Assembly: GCA_040954595.2 (NCBI GenBank)
Contig: CM082592.2
Location: 5,176,506 to 5,240,505 of the forward strand
Direction: 5' to 3'
Length of the DNA: 64,000 nt
Source: Balanoglossus misakiensis
Taxonomy: Eukaryota > Animalia > Hemichordata
Part shown: in pieces, positions 1 to 14,289 of the stretch
Numbering within the stretch: the first letter of the stretch is position 1
How the letters are laid out: the number at the start of each line of letters is the position of its first letter
Made by a program: the position numbers and the translations under genes
The notes under the pieces: model-generated
Told to the model about the DNA's origin: nothing
The model's database searches: none
The model's input: the letters and a program-made list of their open reading frames with translations, nothing else

Positions 1-3000
1 TCCATTTGCACAGGTGGCGCCGTTTCTGCAGGGGTTGCTCGCACATTCGTTAACGTCTTCAAGAGAAATGAAATGTATGCTTTTGCAGTTATATAGCATT
101 GGTATCGATTGCAATGGACTCCGTCAGAAATTCCCGGTACAATCAGCATTTGAAGTCACGTACCTTCAGCACTGTTTGCATATTAAATCATCACATGTTC
201 ACATTTTACAAGTACGAGGTTTCTTACCTGTGTCGCAGTTAACTCCAGTCCAGCCCGCATCACACTGACATTCGTACCCGGAACCACGTGAAATGCACGT
301 GCCGTACACACAAGGGGTACTATCAGCACAGATATCTACCACTAGACAAAAATAAAAACATATTATTTTTAATTTATGTGAAAATCTAAATTCCGCACTG
401 CCAAAAACTAGACTTTGGTCTCTATGGGGCGAAATTGGCCTATTTTCAAAATATAGTTCCCAATTACCCCAAAAGAATAAATGTGACAATCACAAACGCG
501 CACAACAAAAATCTACCTTGTTCGCAATTGGTGCCACCAAATCCATCCACACAGAAACACGTGTAGTACGTGTTGCCACTGACGCAGGTGCCGTTATTGG
601 TGCACGGGTTGCTGTCGCAAGGATCAGCAGCTGAAAGCAAAACAAACTTTGATAATAAAATATGTATGATTGCACTGAAGGCATATTCATGCTTGTAGCA
701 ATTGCCGTTTCTCTGAGCAGTAGGTGGGGCCTAGCGATAACCTATAAGTTTACGTGCACGCTCTGGCCAACGAAAAAAGACGAAATTCGTCTCTATGTAT
801 CAACCAGACTCTGGCTATCCAATTTTAAGTTTCATCTAATATATCGGTTGCAAAAACTGGTTTTACTTACGGATGGTACATCTGTCGCCCCTCCACCCTT
901 GTGCGCAATCGCACACGAAGCCTTGGTTGACCTCACGACAGGTCCCGCCGTTGCTGCATGGGCTTGTGGAGCACGCCGAAGTGGCTGAGGGTTAGATACA
1001 AAATATAAATGCAGGTATGCAAGACCGAAGTAATGAAACGCGCTTAAGACTTAAAGGGCGACGATCGTCTTCTGCGCATGTGCCAAACCAGAGACTCTGA
1101 TTACAAAAAATGTATACGGTCAATGCCATAAGGCAGTGTGCTGTCCCAAAAACAGACAATATCATCTAACCTTAAGGAAAAAGAGTAATAGGGTCCACTT
1201 ACATATGCTGCATTGCGCTCCTGTCCAACCGTCTGCGCACGTGCAGATGAAACTGTCGATGTAGTTCACACAAGTTGCACCGTTCTTGCATGGGGCAGAT
1301 GAGCATGCGGTCCCTATAGGCAAAACGGCAAGTAGGGTTGTTCAGTTCTCTTCGTTCACAAATACGCATACGAATGTCAGAAACAACAAATTAAGATCCC
1401 TAACAGGGAAACGACTGCATATACGAAACGGAAAAGGCGGGAAACTGTACTGACCTGTCTGGCATAGCAGTCCCGTGTATCCGTTAATGCAGTTGCATCT
1501 AAACTGCCCATTCTCGTTCACACACGCTGCGCCATTAAGACAAGGGTTGCTGTTGCAGGGCGGAGCTACAAGAAAATTACATTTTTGATGTGTGTTATTC
1601 CTCGACTATTATGACTAGCCAAATTACGATCGACATCCTCAATTTGAATGGGGCAAATGGAATCACAGAGGGGCGACACCATGTATTGAATACACAGAGG
1701 TAAAGCCGCTTTTTCGCTACTTTCTTTTATTTCAGTTGATTTTAATGTTGTTTTGCTCACTGAGTATATGCTCAACGACCTGCAATCACAATTCAAGTCA
1801 CACGGTGATCCATATTGTGGGCTGTACTTACGAATCTGACAGAACACTCCGGCGAAATCGTCGACGCAGGCGCATTGGAAACTGTTGGACAAAGGCACGC
1901 AGATGCCGTTGTTGAGGCAAGGGTTACTGCTGCAGAAGCTGACAACTGCAAAGAATATGGAAAGTAACATTGTGAAAAAAATAGAGCGTGGCGGCCATCT
2001 TGGAGAATTGACAAGTACCCAGAGGCGACCCTATCTGGTACACAGACCAAGAATGATGACGCAACGATTACATGTACTTCCATCAAACTTACCAATTTCA
2101 CACGTATCACCTCCAAACCCACTTTCGCATAAACATCTGGCAACGAGATTGCCCTGGTCATCGGCTGTCGTGTAGCACGTTCCATTATTCAGACAGGGGT
2201 TGACAGTGCACGGAATTTCTGCAAATATGCAATAAGAAATATACCATCATTTGTTGAGAAGATATGTGTACCACATGTAAGAAAGTTGACGGCCGTATAG
2301 CACTTTCTTCGACATCTTTTACAGAATTAAACTGTCTCCTTACCGGCTTCACAGTTGACTCCGTAAAATCCCGGCAAGCAGTTGCAGCCGTATCCCGATG
2401 CTGTCGAGTAGCATGTTCCACGATTACCGCATGGTCCATTGTTGGCGCAGAGGTCAGCTAAACAAGAAGCACATAGCAATTGGAAGTTGGAAGTACAACA
2501 TTTAAGACAAAGCCTACAATTTCAATGTTATATCACGTTGTTTTAAAACCAGGTGTTCGAACAAGGCTATTTTTCGGCAGCGAAAGCGCATAACGTTCCT
2601 GTCACGCTCTAGTACAATACATTTACCTTCGTGCAAATATTTCAGTCTATTAGAATCACAAGCTTACCTTGTTCACAGTATTGTCCACGCCATCCCACCG
2701 CACACGAACAAGAGTAGCTGCTTCCTTGGGGTAGACAGGTTCCGCCATTGATGCACTGGTTATTGATACAGGGGTCAACTGAAATTGAAAACAAAAATAC
2801 GTTAGGAAAATGTGATTTTTATCTCTTTAAGAGGGTTTGTTAAAATGGTTCTTGAAGGAGGCTTTTACCTACTAGTATTTACTAAGCTTTAGAAAATACG
2901 ATCTGGGGTCTACGAGTATATTATTTCATGTCAGTTTACTGCTGGCATGTTGTATCATAATTCAGCTTCTGTTTTTCTGCAAGCACGTTTGCAGGTTATT

Positions 3001-4440
3001 CAAAATTGGCCGAAGTTGCCGAGTCAAACCCATGTCCCAGATTTATATATTACGCACAGTCGGAATGATTGAGATAGACAGGTAGGTACTGCATGTAACA
3101 AATATGCTTTTCTTATTGAAAAGGGCCCTAATCGATACATTTACAAGACGTGTATCTATATCTACTCACTGACGTCACACCTGTCGCCCTGGAAACCCTC
3201 GAGACAGGTACACTCGTATGAACCAGTGGAGACGACGCGACAAGTGCCGCTGTTGAGGCAGTAATTAACAGGACAAACTGTTGGTGCAGAGCAAAAAGAG
3301 AGGTTTCCATCAGGTGAAGACACAGAAAGAGGTGTGTTCAAGAAATTACATTTGGTACACACACAAAACATACCTGAAATAAAGCCAAAAGTTACAGACA
3401 CTATTCAATATACATTTCGACACCTCAGTTTCTTTCAACTGTACTGTTTCCAATGCGGTTGTTGTATATACCCACACGAATACAACTATGGAAATAAGGA
3501 TTGAAGCCAGGCTCTGTGTCTGGAAATGTCTCCTAATTTCCATCAGTCCAAAAGATGTGATGTCGGCAAGAAGATGGACATTCAAAGGCTGACGTACCTT
3601 CCAGTTCACACTGCGTGCCGGCAAAACCAGACGGGCATGCGCACGTGTAGCCGTTGCCGTCGACAGTGCAGATGCCGTTGTTGTTGCAGGGGTTAGGGGT
3701 ACACGGCGCTATAAGACGATAAAGCAAACCTTATTAGGAATTCGGCATCCGGAAAAGAGGGAGGGCACAAACAATCCGTCAGTTTCAGTTGCAAGCGTAC
3801 TGCGAATCCCCCGTGACACCTTGTGCCCACTTCATTCGTATGTACAGTTATTTAAACGCGCTGTTGGCAGATGGCATTTCCTTTGCGCACACTGAGACTG
3901 GTCAGTGATTGCAAGACAAGCGAGCAAGCAAGCGCGGGGAGAATTAAGGGAGAGCCGGGCTGAGGAATTGCAACAGTGTTCCATCAGCGGGGCCAGGCTA
4001 AAAGAAAATACATGCAGATAAACTGTTTATAGCAGAGCAGCTCTCTTTAAGAATACTCCATTCTGTCACATCCCCTGCTGTGCAATATAAAGCTGTAGAA
4101 AAAAAAAGCAGTATTATACTTAGCAGCATATTAATGGGTTTATATAATGTATATATCGGTGACTGAATATTTTAATACGGTAAAAGGACAATACTTCTAA
4201 ATGATGACGGGAAGCACGCATCGGTGGATAGCATCAGCAATGGCTGCGGTGTTGGAAAACAAAATACATGAGCGTTAGGCGCAAAGCATGTAAAGCAAGC
4301 GTCAATGGTTATTCTGTTTGTCAACAAAATGATTTAAAAAGCGGGGGAGGTTAGTAATATCAGAGTTGACACGAGTTGCTTTGTCACTCGCCGTGCTTTC
4401 ATTCTGAATACTAGTATGTCTGTCTGCATGTGTCCGTACA

Positions 4441-4473
<33 letters not shown>

Positions 4474-7400
4474 CAGTCAGTCAGTCAGTATGTTCCTCTG
4501 CCTCTGATATTTGTGCCTTCAGAACATCAATCTCTCGGCCCTTACTTGGGATGGTACAATCGGTTCCGGTAAAGCCTGGAGTGCAATAACATATATGCGA
4601 AGATCCCAATACTTCGCACCTGCCGCCATTTTGACAGGGCGATGGCATGCAGGGAGCTGCCGACACAAAGTAGAAAGAAAATTAGCAAAAACACTGCAAA
4701 TGAACATTAGTGCGTAGAATGGGGAACTAAGTTACACGTTGACTTTAATCACAGAATTAATATATATATACAAACAAACAAATAAATAAATTCAGTTCAT
4801 AATACCTATTTCACAGAATTCGCCAACAAAGCCAGCTGCGCATGTGCAGGACATGACTTCATTTATAAATGTACAGGTGCCACCATTTTGACAGGGATAT
4901 GATACACACGGTGCTGAGAGGAAGGTGGGGATTGCACAAGGTCAGAGTTGAAAGGTGAATGTAGAGCAAAAGACATTGCATTATCACATACAAAGAATTT
5001 TACAGTGGTATTGTAGCTGTAATACTTTTTCAGAATAGCTATACATGTAGTAGGAAAAAACAACTGGTGCCTTCAAGCGAGGGCTAACGACAATTAAATG
5101 TCGTCTTCTAAAGAAAAAGAACTGAAGTTTCGACGAGTTGCATTATGACATACACAAGATTTACTACCAAAACGATATACAGTACATGTAAGGTAGGGAC
5201 AGACAGAAATTCTCGGCGGACGTAGCGGCAAGTTCAAACGGCTAAGCAAATAAGCCTTCTCAACAGCATGGCGATTTCGTCAAAGTGAAAGTTACCTATC
5301 TGACAAATGGTCCCGACGTAACCCGACTGACATGCGCAGATAAATGTATCCGTTGTGACGTAGCAGATACCTCCGTTCAAACACGGATTGGGGAGACATG
5401 GCGCTAAAAGAGTAAACATTTGGAATCAAAGCGTTAACATCTAAATTATTGTTTCCGAGTTTTCTATTCTGCATTTACAGAAAAGGTTAGAAGCTGTGCT
5501 GAAGAAAATGTTCGTCCGACCAAAAATATTGCTTGTTAATCATAATTGGAGTTCTTAAACTCGACTTGTTCGGTAAAGTTGCTTACTGGTGTTTTCACAG
5601 TTAGTTCCAAGGTAACCGTCGGGACACGAGCAAAAGTAGGAACCGGAGAATGTAATACCACACGTCCCGCCATTCAGACACGGATCAGGGTTACATGGGG
5701 CTGATGACGGACAAGGAAGAGGGAAAGTAAGTAAGGAATACAGAAGAACGATGAACACAATTTCTGATCAGTTATTTTAATCTATCAATACGTTTGTTTG
5801 TGTGCTTGTTTGTTTATCTGGTTGTTTGTTTCAGCCAATGACAACAAAACAACAACAGCAACAAAGAGAGACAGAGCAAGAAAGAAGTTCACGTACATAT
5901 TTCACAGTTAGTGCCGATGTATCCATCCGCACAATTACATCTGTATCGGTTGATGTCCACGATGCACACGCCGCCATTTTGACACGGGTTAGACTGGCAT
6001 GGAGCTACACAATAAAAGACGTAGTCATAGCAACGGAAACAAACATTGTTTTAAGTTAAGAGATGTGCGAGTAAAAGTTAGCACTGGCAGAGACGCTCGC
6101 TCGTGCAAGAGGTAGAAAATGAATAGAAATTCACGTAGCACCACATAAAATGTCTTCTTTGCAGAAACCTGCACTTCTTCATGGTACGGGTTCAATCATT
6201 GAACTAATCACATACGCATGCGAATCAAACGAGCGGCGCAGCAGCGAGACCCGGAGATAGGCGGGTTGTCGGCAAAGCTTTGCTTAAATTTACATCCTTC
6301 ATACATTCTCTCCAAACAGGTTTACCGTATGTGAATTTGCAGGCGCAAGCTATGATTTGTGACTGGCAATTAGAATCACAATCGTGCCCAGGCTTTGTTA
6401 ACAGATTATGCGAATAAGCGCACTATAACGGGGTCTGCGAATTCAAAGCAGGTCAGCGAATAAGAAGCTTAAAAGTAAGAAGATTAAATAATAAGAGAAC
6501 TGGTGACTGGAACGCCTGGTTAGAACAGGGCAATGCGGCAAGGGAAAGAAAGTGTCAATTAATCGCATTAAGATCTTCAGCGCAAACTACAGTAACTTGC
6601 GCCAACAATAATGCATGCAGCAGTCAAGCAAAGTGATCATCTCAGTTTGCTAGCTTCACGGCCTTGAATAGCAGCTCCAAAGCACTAAGAGGCGTTCCTA
6701 TAGCACAGAAGCAAAAAAAATCAGTTATTTAATAGCATCGGGGGAAAAACAGAGATGTGTAACCTGTTTCGCAGTTTACTCCAATGAAACCGGCTTCACA
6801 CGAGCAGAAGTAGCCACGGGGATCGCCATTCAGGTAGCACGAGCCGCCATTTTGACACGGATTCGGATCACAAGGCGCTGAAACGGAACAAGTGATTACA
6901 GCTAAAACCATGGAAACGGGGTTTTAAAGGTTAAATATTCGAGAAATATACACATAGTCAACATTGACACAACTGTGACCAACGTGTCACTGTGTAAACT
7001 TAATTCGGATCCCAGGATTTGGATAGACTAGTAGCACAGTGAATTTCCCCTTTCAGCTATGCCTGCCTGCCTAGGGGGAAATCTGTGACGGTACAGCGTT
7101 TACTGTTAGGCTCGGCTTGAGGTTGCAACATTCACTTACTGGTTGCCTCTACCGTGCAGTTGATTCCAGTAAAACCCTGTGGACAGTTACAGAAATATGT
7201 TCCATCTGTCTGAATGATACACGCCCCGCCGTTCAGACACGGAGACGGATTGCACGGAGCTGCAAGAAGCGGTGAAAATATAAATTAGTGTATTTGCGCG
7301 TGTGGCTCCACCTGGCCATCTCGCGCTCCTAGGACAATAGAATATCTTTCTATTGTCTATTCTCGGGCATAACACTCGAGATAAACGCAATATACAGTTA

Positions 7401-10400
7401 CTATAACAACAGTAGTTATGTCTCCGCAAATATGGCATACAGCATGACAGTACCAGCTGAAAAGTAAGGCTGGGGTTTTAAGTTGACATCAGCGTCGGTG
7501 CTGAAACGAAACCGGTAGGCTGCCATAACCCAGTTCCCACGAAACGAGGGGGTGGTACTTACTGATTTCACAAACAAGTCCCGAGAAGCCTTCAGAACAG
7601 GTGCATTCAAAAAAGTTGCCGACGATGGTGCACTGTCCGCCATGTTGGCACGGATTGGGCAAACAGGGAGCTGTCAAAATAGACAAAATCAGAGTGGTTT
7701 ACATGCGATATTTTCAGTTAAATAGCACGTGATTCTCATGTGGTTGAATTGGCCAGTATTACGATTCATATTTGGTCTCCTTCCCGGATTTTCGTTATAG
7801 CATGGGGTTTTTAAGTCATTTCGCTTTGGTTTTGGTAAGTGACAAAATGACAGATTTTCGTTCACGGCGGCAAAAACACAACTGAAGACAGATATCTTCT
7901 TACCAGTTTCGCAAAGGTCACCAACAAAACCGTCGGGACAGATGCATATGTAGTTGGTGTTGTCGAACGAGTTGAAACAGGCTGCGCCGTTTCTACAAGG
8001 GTTACTCGAACACGGATCGACTGAAAACGAGGACAAAAAAAAACGTTTCAAAATTTTCAGTGGCGGTAGAACCACACTCGCCTCGTTCATAGCGAAAGTT
8101 GAAAATAGGTGAATTGCAGCAAAGTGTTGCAGTTGTTATAATAGTAAAGGGTGTGAGACGAAAATGCGCCTTGCAGCTGCATTGACTGTCTGCGAAATGA
8201 AAACAAAGTTAGAGTTAATAAGCGCTGATTTTAGCGAGCATTAAATAAATGAAAGTTGTTATATAGTTATTACTTTATGTAGTTTATATATACGTAATAC
8301 GAGAAAATCAAGAAAAGACAGAAAATAGTTTTATAACTGTTTTAGTAATCTGAAATAAAAACAGTTTTACAGCTAATAGATTGAAAACGGCTTTAGAACT
8401 AATTTAAGACGTCCGGAGTGTTAGTACATGTAATAGTAAAAAGAGAGATTCTTATTTTACTGTTACATAAAATTAGCAGTCTACTCTACAGACATAAAGG
8501 CAATTAACACACGCACGAAATCTACAGTTACATCCGGGAATGTGCTCGACTTATCCAATGAAACTAAAAGTAGATCAAGATATTGCATTTGGTACACAGA
8601 ACAAAACTACAGGAAATAAAGCTAAAAGTTTACAGCTAATGTCCCTTTAATGCAACTGATGACTTCCAGTAATATGCAACGGCCGGATAGTGGACACTCA
8701 CGAATGTTACAGACGTCGCCTGTGAAACCACCCAGGCACTGGCAGTCGAATGAATCGGTCGTCACCGTACATATCCCGCTGTTCAGACAGGGGTTTGGAT
8801 CACAAGGGGTAACTGGAGAGAGAATAAAAATTGTCGGTGAAACATTTCGAGAATAATCCTCAATTAAAACGAGTTAAAAATCATGAAGATTTTCTGTGAC
8901 AAGAAATGTGTTTGCGCAATTGCGTGCATGCTGACTTGAATGCTCCTGTATGGGAGATTGGTCCTTCTTTACTCAAAGCAACACATCCACCATTCCTGGC
9001 TTATACGTGTGTATAAAACAGCAGCTGAACAGTGACCTATATAATTATGTATTTTTACAGTATTTAACAGAATAGGTGGTTTGTTGACTCTTGATATTCA
9101 AGAAAGCGCTGGGTTGCCAAGGTTTCAACTTGTGCTGTTATCAAATTATACGCCGCAATTATGATATATGTAAACATAAGCGCGGGAAAAATAACGGAAC
9201 TATTGAGCTGAAGCAGTTAACTGGGGATATATAATGCGGGGGTGTTTTCTGTAAGGAAAAGAAACGCATAGTTTATTTGTGATTATCGGGTCGTTACTTT
9301 TATCGCCAAAACCGCAGAAAGCTTCATGTGCGTCGAAAATGCAAGGTTTGTCGTAGACTGACAGACAGGAAGTGACGTCATACTTAAACAGGTGTCACCA
9401 ATGTATCCGCTGGGGCACAGGCAACTGAACGTTTCGCCGAACGACGTGCACACGCCGCCATTTTTGCACGGATTCGTCGGTTGACAAGCGTCTCGCACTG
9501 TAAAGCAATCGATTCTGTTCAGTTAGTGCGTCAGTTGTGGTTGTCTTCCATTTGTCGGGGGAGGGGTATAACGAAAAATTCAGATTCTGTAGCTCGTTGC
9601 TATGAGGGACAGGTCAGTTTCCTCGGCCTGGGGCGGTGGATTCTATTTATGGATATCAAAACGTGACTTCCCCCACTCATTGAATATGGAAAAATCGGTG
9701 ACTTGCCCCCCCCCCCCCCCCCCCCCCATTACCCAATTCCAAAACAGGGTGGCCTCCCCCATGAATACACCGCCCCCGGGCCAAAGAAACTGACCTGTCC
9801 CTGGTAAAATTATTGCCATTACAGGGTCGTTTCATTCTCACATATACATGTACTAGCTTCTCATCTTGATTCTTCTTGTCCACTTGGTCGTCTTATTGCG
9901 TACAGAATGAAATTCTTCTCGCTAGAGACTTTGTCATACATGATGCTCACACACAGATTCCATGCAGTGAAATATAACAATTAATCATAGAAATTCATCA
10001 AAAACCACAACATTTTACTATTTATGAGTCTTATTAAATCAGAACCCTATATCAGGACATCCCATCGCATGAATGACGCATGCGTTCAAAGTTGACCGCC
10101 TGATTAGTGTCTGCCAATCGGCAACACGTCTCTCAAAACTGTCGTGCTCTGAAGATAATTTGGATTGACGACGTTACCTGCACATGTCGAACCGCCATAC
10201 CCTGTTAGACAGTTGCACTCGAACGTGGTGGTGCCGGTCACAACACAGCCCCCGCCATTCAAACAAGGGTTCGGCGAACATGGAGATCCTGAAACAAGAT
10301 GGCGGAAAATTAGCATGAAGGCTGCGCATCAATACTGCGTAGACTCATCATGAAATTGTGCATAATTAATGTAGTGTTGAGTCAACACACACCTACCAGC

Positions 10401-13400
10401 ATTTTTTTTCAAAATGCCTACGTACTAAAACAGAACATTCTTTATGTGAATAAATTTAATTAACGCGATTTGTGTTTGATTTGGAAGAGGCAAGACAATA
10501 GTGTATGCCAGTACAATGTACATGTATGTACAAAACATGGTCTGTTTCTATAGGTGTCCCAAACTCACCTTGATAGGCGTCACAGTTCTGGCCGGTGTAA
10601 CCTGACGTACATTGGCAAATGTAAATTGTCGAGTCCAGGCGAGTGCACACCCCTCCGTTTTGACATGGATTCGGACTGCACGGATCTGTTATAATCGAGA
10701 AATCACCAGATCAGTAGAGTTTTAATTTAGGGGACATATTTATCAAACTTATTATTTTGATGATCGAACACTTCATATTCAATTAAAATAGGGGGATAAA
10801 TACGATAATATAATATGTCGTCGGGGTATATAGACTGACCTGGTTCACATCTTTGGCCAGAGTACCCAAATGGGCAAGTACACGACCAGCCGTTGTTGAA
10901 GATACTGCACACGCCACCGTTCAAACATGGCCCCGAAGCACAAGGATCAAAAGTGCCTATAGAACCAAGAAAAGATGTTGACTCAGAAATCTTTGCACTG
11001 ATGCAATATTCAGTCTGTCTTTTCAAACCAATCGGCCCAGGCTACACACAGTAATCGAACCTGTGAGTATGTCAAAGCACGTTTGAAAGATACCACCACG
11101 GTCTAGGGCCAGTCATTGTCTATTACTCAGTGATGAAACAGAATTATCTATGGACAGATGCGACATTTAGCAAAACGTGAGTTCCATATCCACTTACCAG
11201 CGCTGTATGTCAGTTCAGGTGATGTTAAACCCAACCAGTAGATGTCAAAGGACCACGCCACAGTAGCCCTGAATTGACAAAGAAAAATACGTCTCTTATA
11301 AAAGCTACTGTTTGCGTTGTGAACGAGTTAAAAAAAATTGAAAACGGGTACTGCACATTCAGAATATGCATAACTTTGTGATGTCCTACCAACTGAACAC
11401 ACGCTATACTCTCAAGTCCATCTTTAATCTGTAAAGTTGCCTAGGGTTTTATGACTACTACAAGAGTCATCCACGAGGATATGGTATTGCTAGTATCCTC
11501 GGGCTCCCTCCCATACTTACACAAAGTGGATATTTCCAACCGACGAGCTTGGCGGTGTCCACGTAAACGTGATGTCGTTTTTGCCGTTGGTAGCCGTGTG
11601 GGTGGCCGAGTCGGCAGGCGACGTGCAATCGCTGGTTTTTGTGTTTATGGGCGCATCGGAGAATGTCCCCACGGGTATAGAGCTTCCTACGGGTCGGGCC
11701 TGGAGCAGAAACCCGGGCACATAGCCGTTTATTATCACTGTGGATAAAACAAGCAGAAACGTTGCATACTAAAGTATTTCATGCCGTGTCTGTCTCGTGG
11801 AATCTTTTCTACAAACGTTCGATGATACAGAAACAGTGCTATCCGTACGCACTGGTAACACTGCCTACTCACATTCATTTTATGGGTGCAGGTGAACTTA
11901 GTTTCCTGATAAACCTAAATCGTTGACACTGAGACCGTCACTTTCGCGGTCACTTCGGGTCACTTGACCCGCGGATCAACTGAAAAGCTGAGGACTGTAC
12001 GTTGGCCGAAACAAGGACACGTGAATATTAAAAGGTCGTGGGTAGCTAAAGTTATTTGGCTTTCAACAAAATACTTTAAATAGCAGGCACAAGAGCGAGG
12101 TCACGTCAACTGTGACCCAAGATATTTGCATAACAAAGACAAGAGTCGTGGAGAGATCCCTGGGTCATGTGGGTGGGTATTTTCATTCGCTATCCGGCAC
12201 AGCACTGCCACTGGATGGGTGATACTTGTCGAGAACACAGCGATGAAGATATTAAACAACATTTACTGGATTAATGATAGGTAGAAGATTTGAACTTTGT
12301 TATTGTGGAAAATGTGAAAATTTGGCAGCTCATGGGGCTTTAATGAGTGCAGCACCCTACTATAACGACGGATCAGTGGTGCGAACAACCATAAATAAAC
12401 GGAACCTTGCCCTCGATATGCGTCGTTTGAAAAGCGGCATCTTCTGGCATTCAACAAACTGTTGATGTCTAACTTAATCACTGATGTCACGTGACCTTAG
12501 GTGCCTATAATTCATCAACTGCATGTCCTTTCGTTATTTGACACCAAACAATCATGGAAAACTCTTGTTTTTTTGCTATTTTTGTATTCGGACGCCGTTG
12601 AAACGACATCGAATTTGCTGTCCACACTGTCTTATCCGATTCGGTCTCAGGGCGTACCAGTCGCTTTTGTTTGTTTATACGTTTGTCTGTTTTGTTCGCA
12701 TCCAGACGAGGAGGGCGTCGACGGTCAACAAAACGAGTTATGACAATTGGAGGAGTGAATTCAGGCAGGTTATTTATAGTACCACTGTTCTATTGAATAT
12801 GTGGTTAATTGTACGGCAGGGGTTCTTGGTATCAACCTTCTCTTGTTATGTTTCATCATACCGAAATATAGGCTTTTCGTTGTCACGTGTATGCTGACAA
12901 ATGAATCAATGAATGACCTGAGTTCAAGTTTGTTTTGAACTAATCTCTACCACGAATTGTTCCTGTGTACACAATGTACTGCATGTCTCGAAAACATCTT
13001 CGTTTGAATCCGGCGATTGGGCGACGTCTTAATTAAATCATATAGGACAAAAAAGTGTGAGTTGATTGTTTTTCAAATACAAACACGTGTATGGGTGTGA
13101 ACGTCTATAATGTATTGTGCTGGCATTCTCTGGCGTTGATTCACCAGTTTGGCCACGCAACGATTTTACTAACGTGCGATGTGGTGCCGTGTGTTGCGGT
13201 GGCCATTAACAGTTACATGATTTCAAATTCCGGTTAACAACCACTGAACGGTTCCGGGCGCGTTCTGAAATCTCATATTTTGTTTGAATATACACTCATT
13301 TGTTTTAAAAGTGGGACCATCTAAAACGTCTGGTTAAAAGTATTAAAAGTTGATAGTAGGCGCTATTATCATCATTTCCTCGATTTCGATGCGTTCGCAA

Positions 13401-14289
13401 ATCACTCGCTGTAGAACCTTTTCACTGGAGTCACTGAATAAGCCCAACGTGCTTGCATATTGCTGGTCGGTTATGTCATCGGCATGACAATAGAGAGATA
13501 CAACCCTTACATCGACAGAACTATGGTGAAAACCGCTTGTCATTTGGCACTCTGCTCGCGAGATCAGTCCCGGTTGTAAAAGACTAAATGTATATCCTCT
13601 GCACTTTTCAGCCATTGACTGTCTCAATCTTTCAGTCCCCAGCTTTCAATATCTTTTACCACGGACTACGGTTTAAGACATAATATTACAGGAAGTCAAA
13701 CTGGCCGATATTAATGACACACAGGTGTCCGTTCTACTGTTTGACTCAACAAGACTTAGCTTTTTTTCAAGGGGTCGTGTGATAGCTATTTCAGGTACTC
13801 AATTTTGTAAGGGAAAGTAATACAGCACCGTTCTCTTATGTCCTTACTTGAGATGGGCACCATAAAAGTTGTTGACATTGGCGCAGTGAAAGACATGATA
13901 TGTAATTGGTTGTTTAGAAGGCTTATATTACCAGACGGCAGTTTTTCAGTCGTTGGACAGTCACTCTGGGTCGTGTATGATATTTTTTGTAGGGCTGAGT
14001 GTATAACAGGCGATATTTCGACTTCGCGCATAACACGCGTTTCGTAACGCCAGCCTATATCTACGCTGGTCTTACCTTGAATGGGCTGGTTGGGTGTGTA
14101 CGTCACCGAACTCACTGAAATCGTATTTTGCGGAGGGGTCTCCTGCGGTTGGGTGTTCGGGTGCCCCGGTGTCAGAGTTTCACAGGCCGACGACGGAGCA
14201 CCGGTGGGTCGACTGTGGACGTCTGCTATCAGAGCGGCGCAGAGCAGAAGAGCGACGGCAGCGATTCTACTGTGACGGTACACCGCCAT
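1..14289 (-). CDS. Reeler domain + multi-EGF (fibropellin/Notch-like repeats) protein with signal peptide; 3' end lies outside the window
   Basis: Exon 1 14076-14289: signal peptide [26 protein letters not shown], then the Reeler start [17 protein letters not shown]. Exon 2 11521-11737: GFLLQAR...VGTF...DC...SATHT...ITFTWTPP...GNIHF. Exon 3 ~11198-11268: [11 protein letters not shown]. Then 26 phase-1/phase-1 EGF exons: 10840-10956, 10569-10685, 10178-10288, 9384-9497, 8702-8812, 7904-8020, 7563-7670, 7140-7259, 6764-6877, 5897-6004, 5587-5700, 5296-5403, 4806-4913, 4546-4656, 3598-3708, 3170-3277, 2668-2778, 2344-2457, 2093-2218, 1832-1945, 1455-1565, 1203-1313, 871-984, 517-630, 228-341, <1-56. 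All have GT-AG ends and the 25 complete ones have lengths divisible by 3. Confidence 0.9.
4417..4488. repeat. (GTCT)n/(GTCA)n microsatellite, intronic
   Basis: Directly visible tetranucleotide run. Confidence 0.9.
9605..9802. mobile_element. ~200-bp MITE with ~40-bp terminal inverted repeats (PIF/Harbinger-like GGG...CCC ends)
   Basis: Left end agggacaggtcagtttcctcggcctggggcggtggattc matches the reverse complement of the right end (agggacaggtcagtttctttggcccgggggcggtgtattc). Internal poly-C tract. Putative TSD imperfect (tga/tgg), so the superfamily is tentative. Confidence 0.75.

Noticed and set aside
1-10956. Calling the EGF gene Notch, Crumbs or fibropellin
   Set aside because: The N-terminal domain is Reeler rather than CUB or direct EGF, and no LNR, ankyrin or LamG domain is visible in the window.
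11800-12500. Possible element with ggtcac/gtgacc sub-repeats in the first intron of the Reeler-EGF gene
   Set aside because: Termini and target duplication could not be defined.
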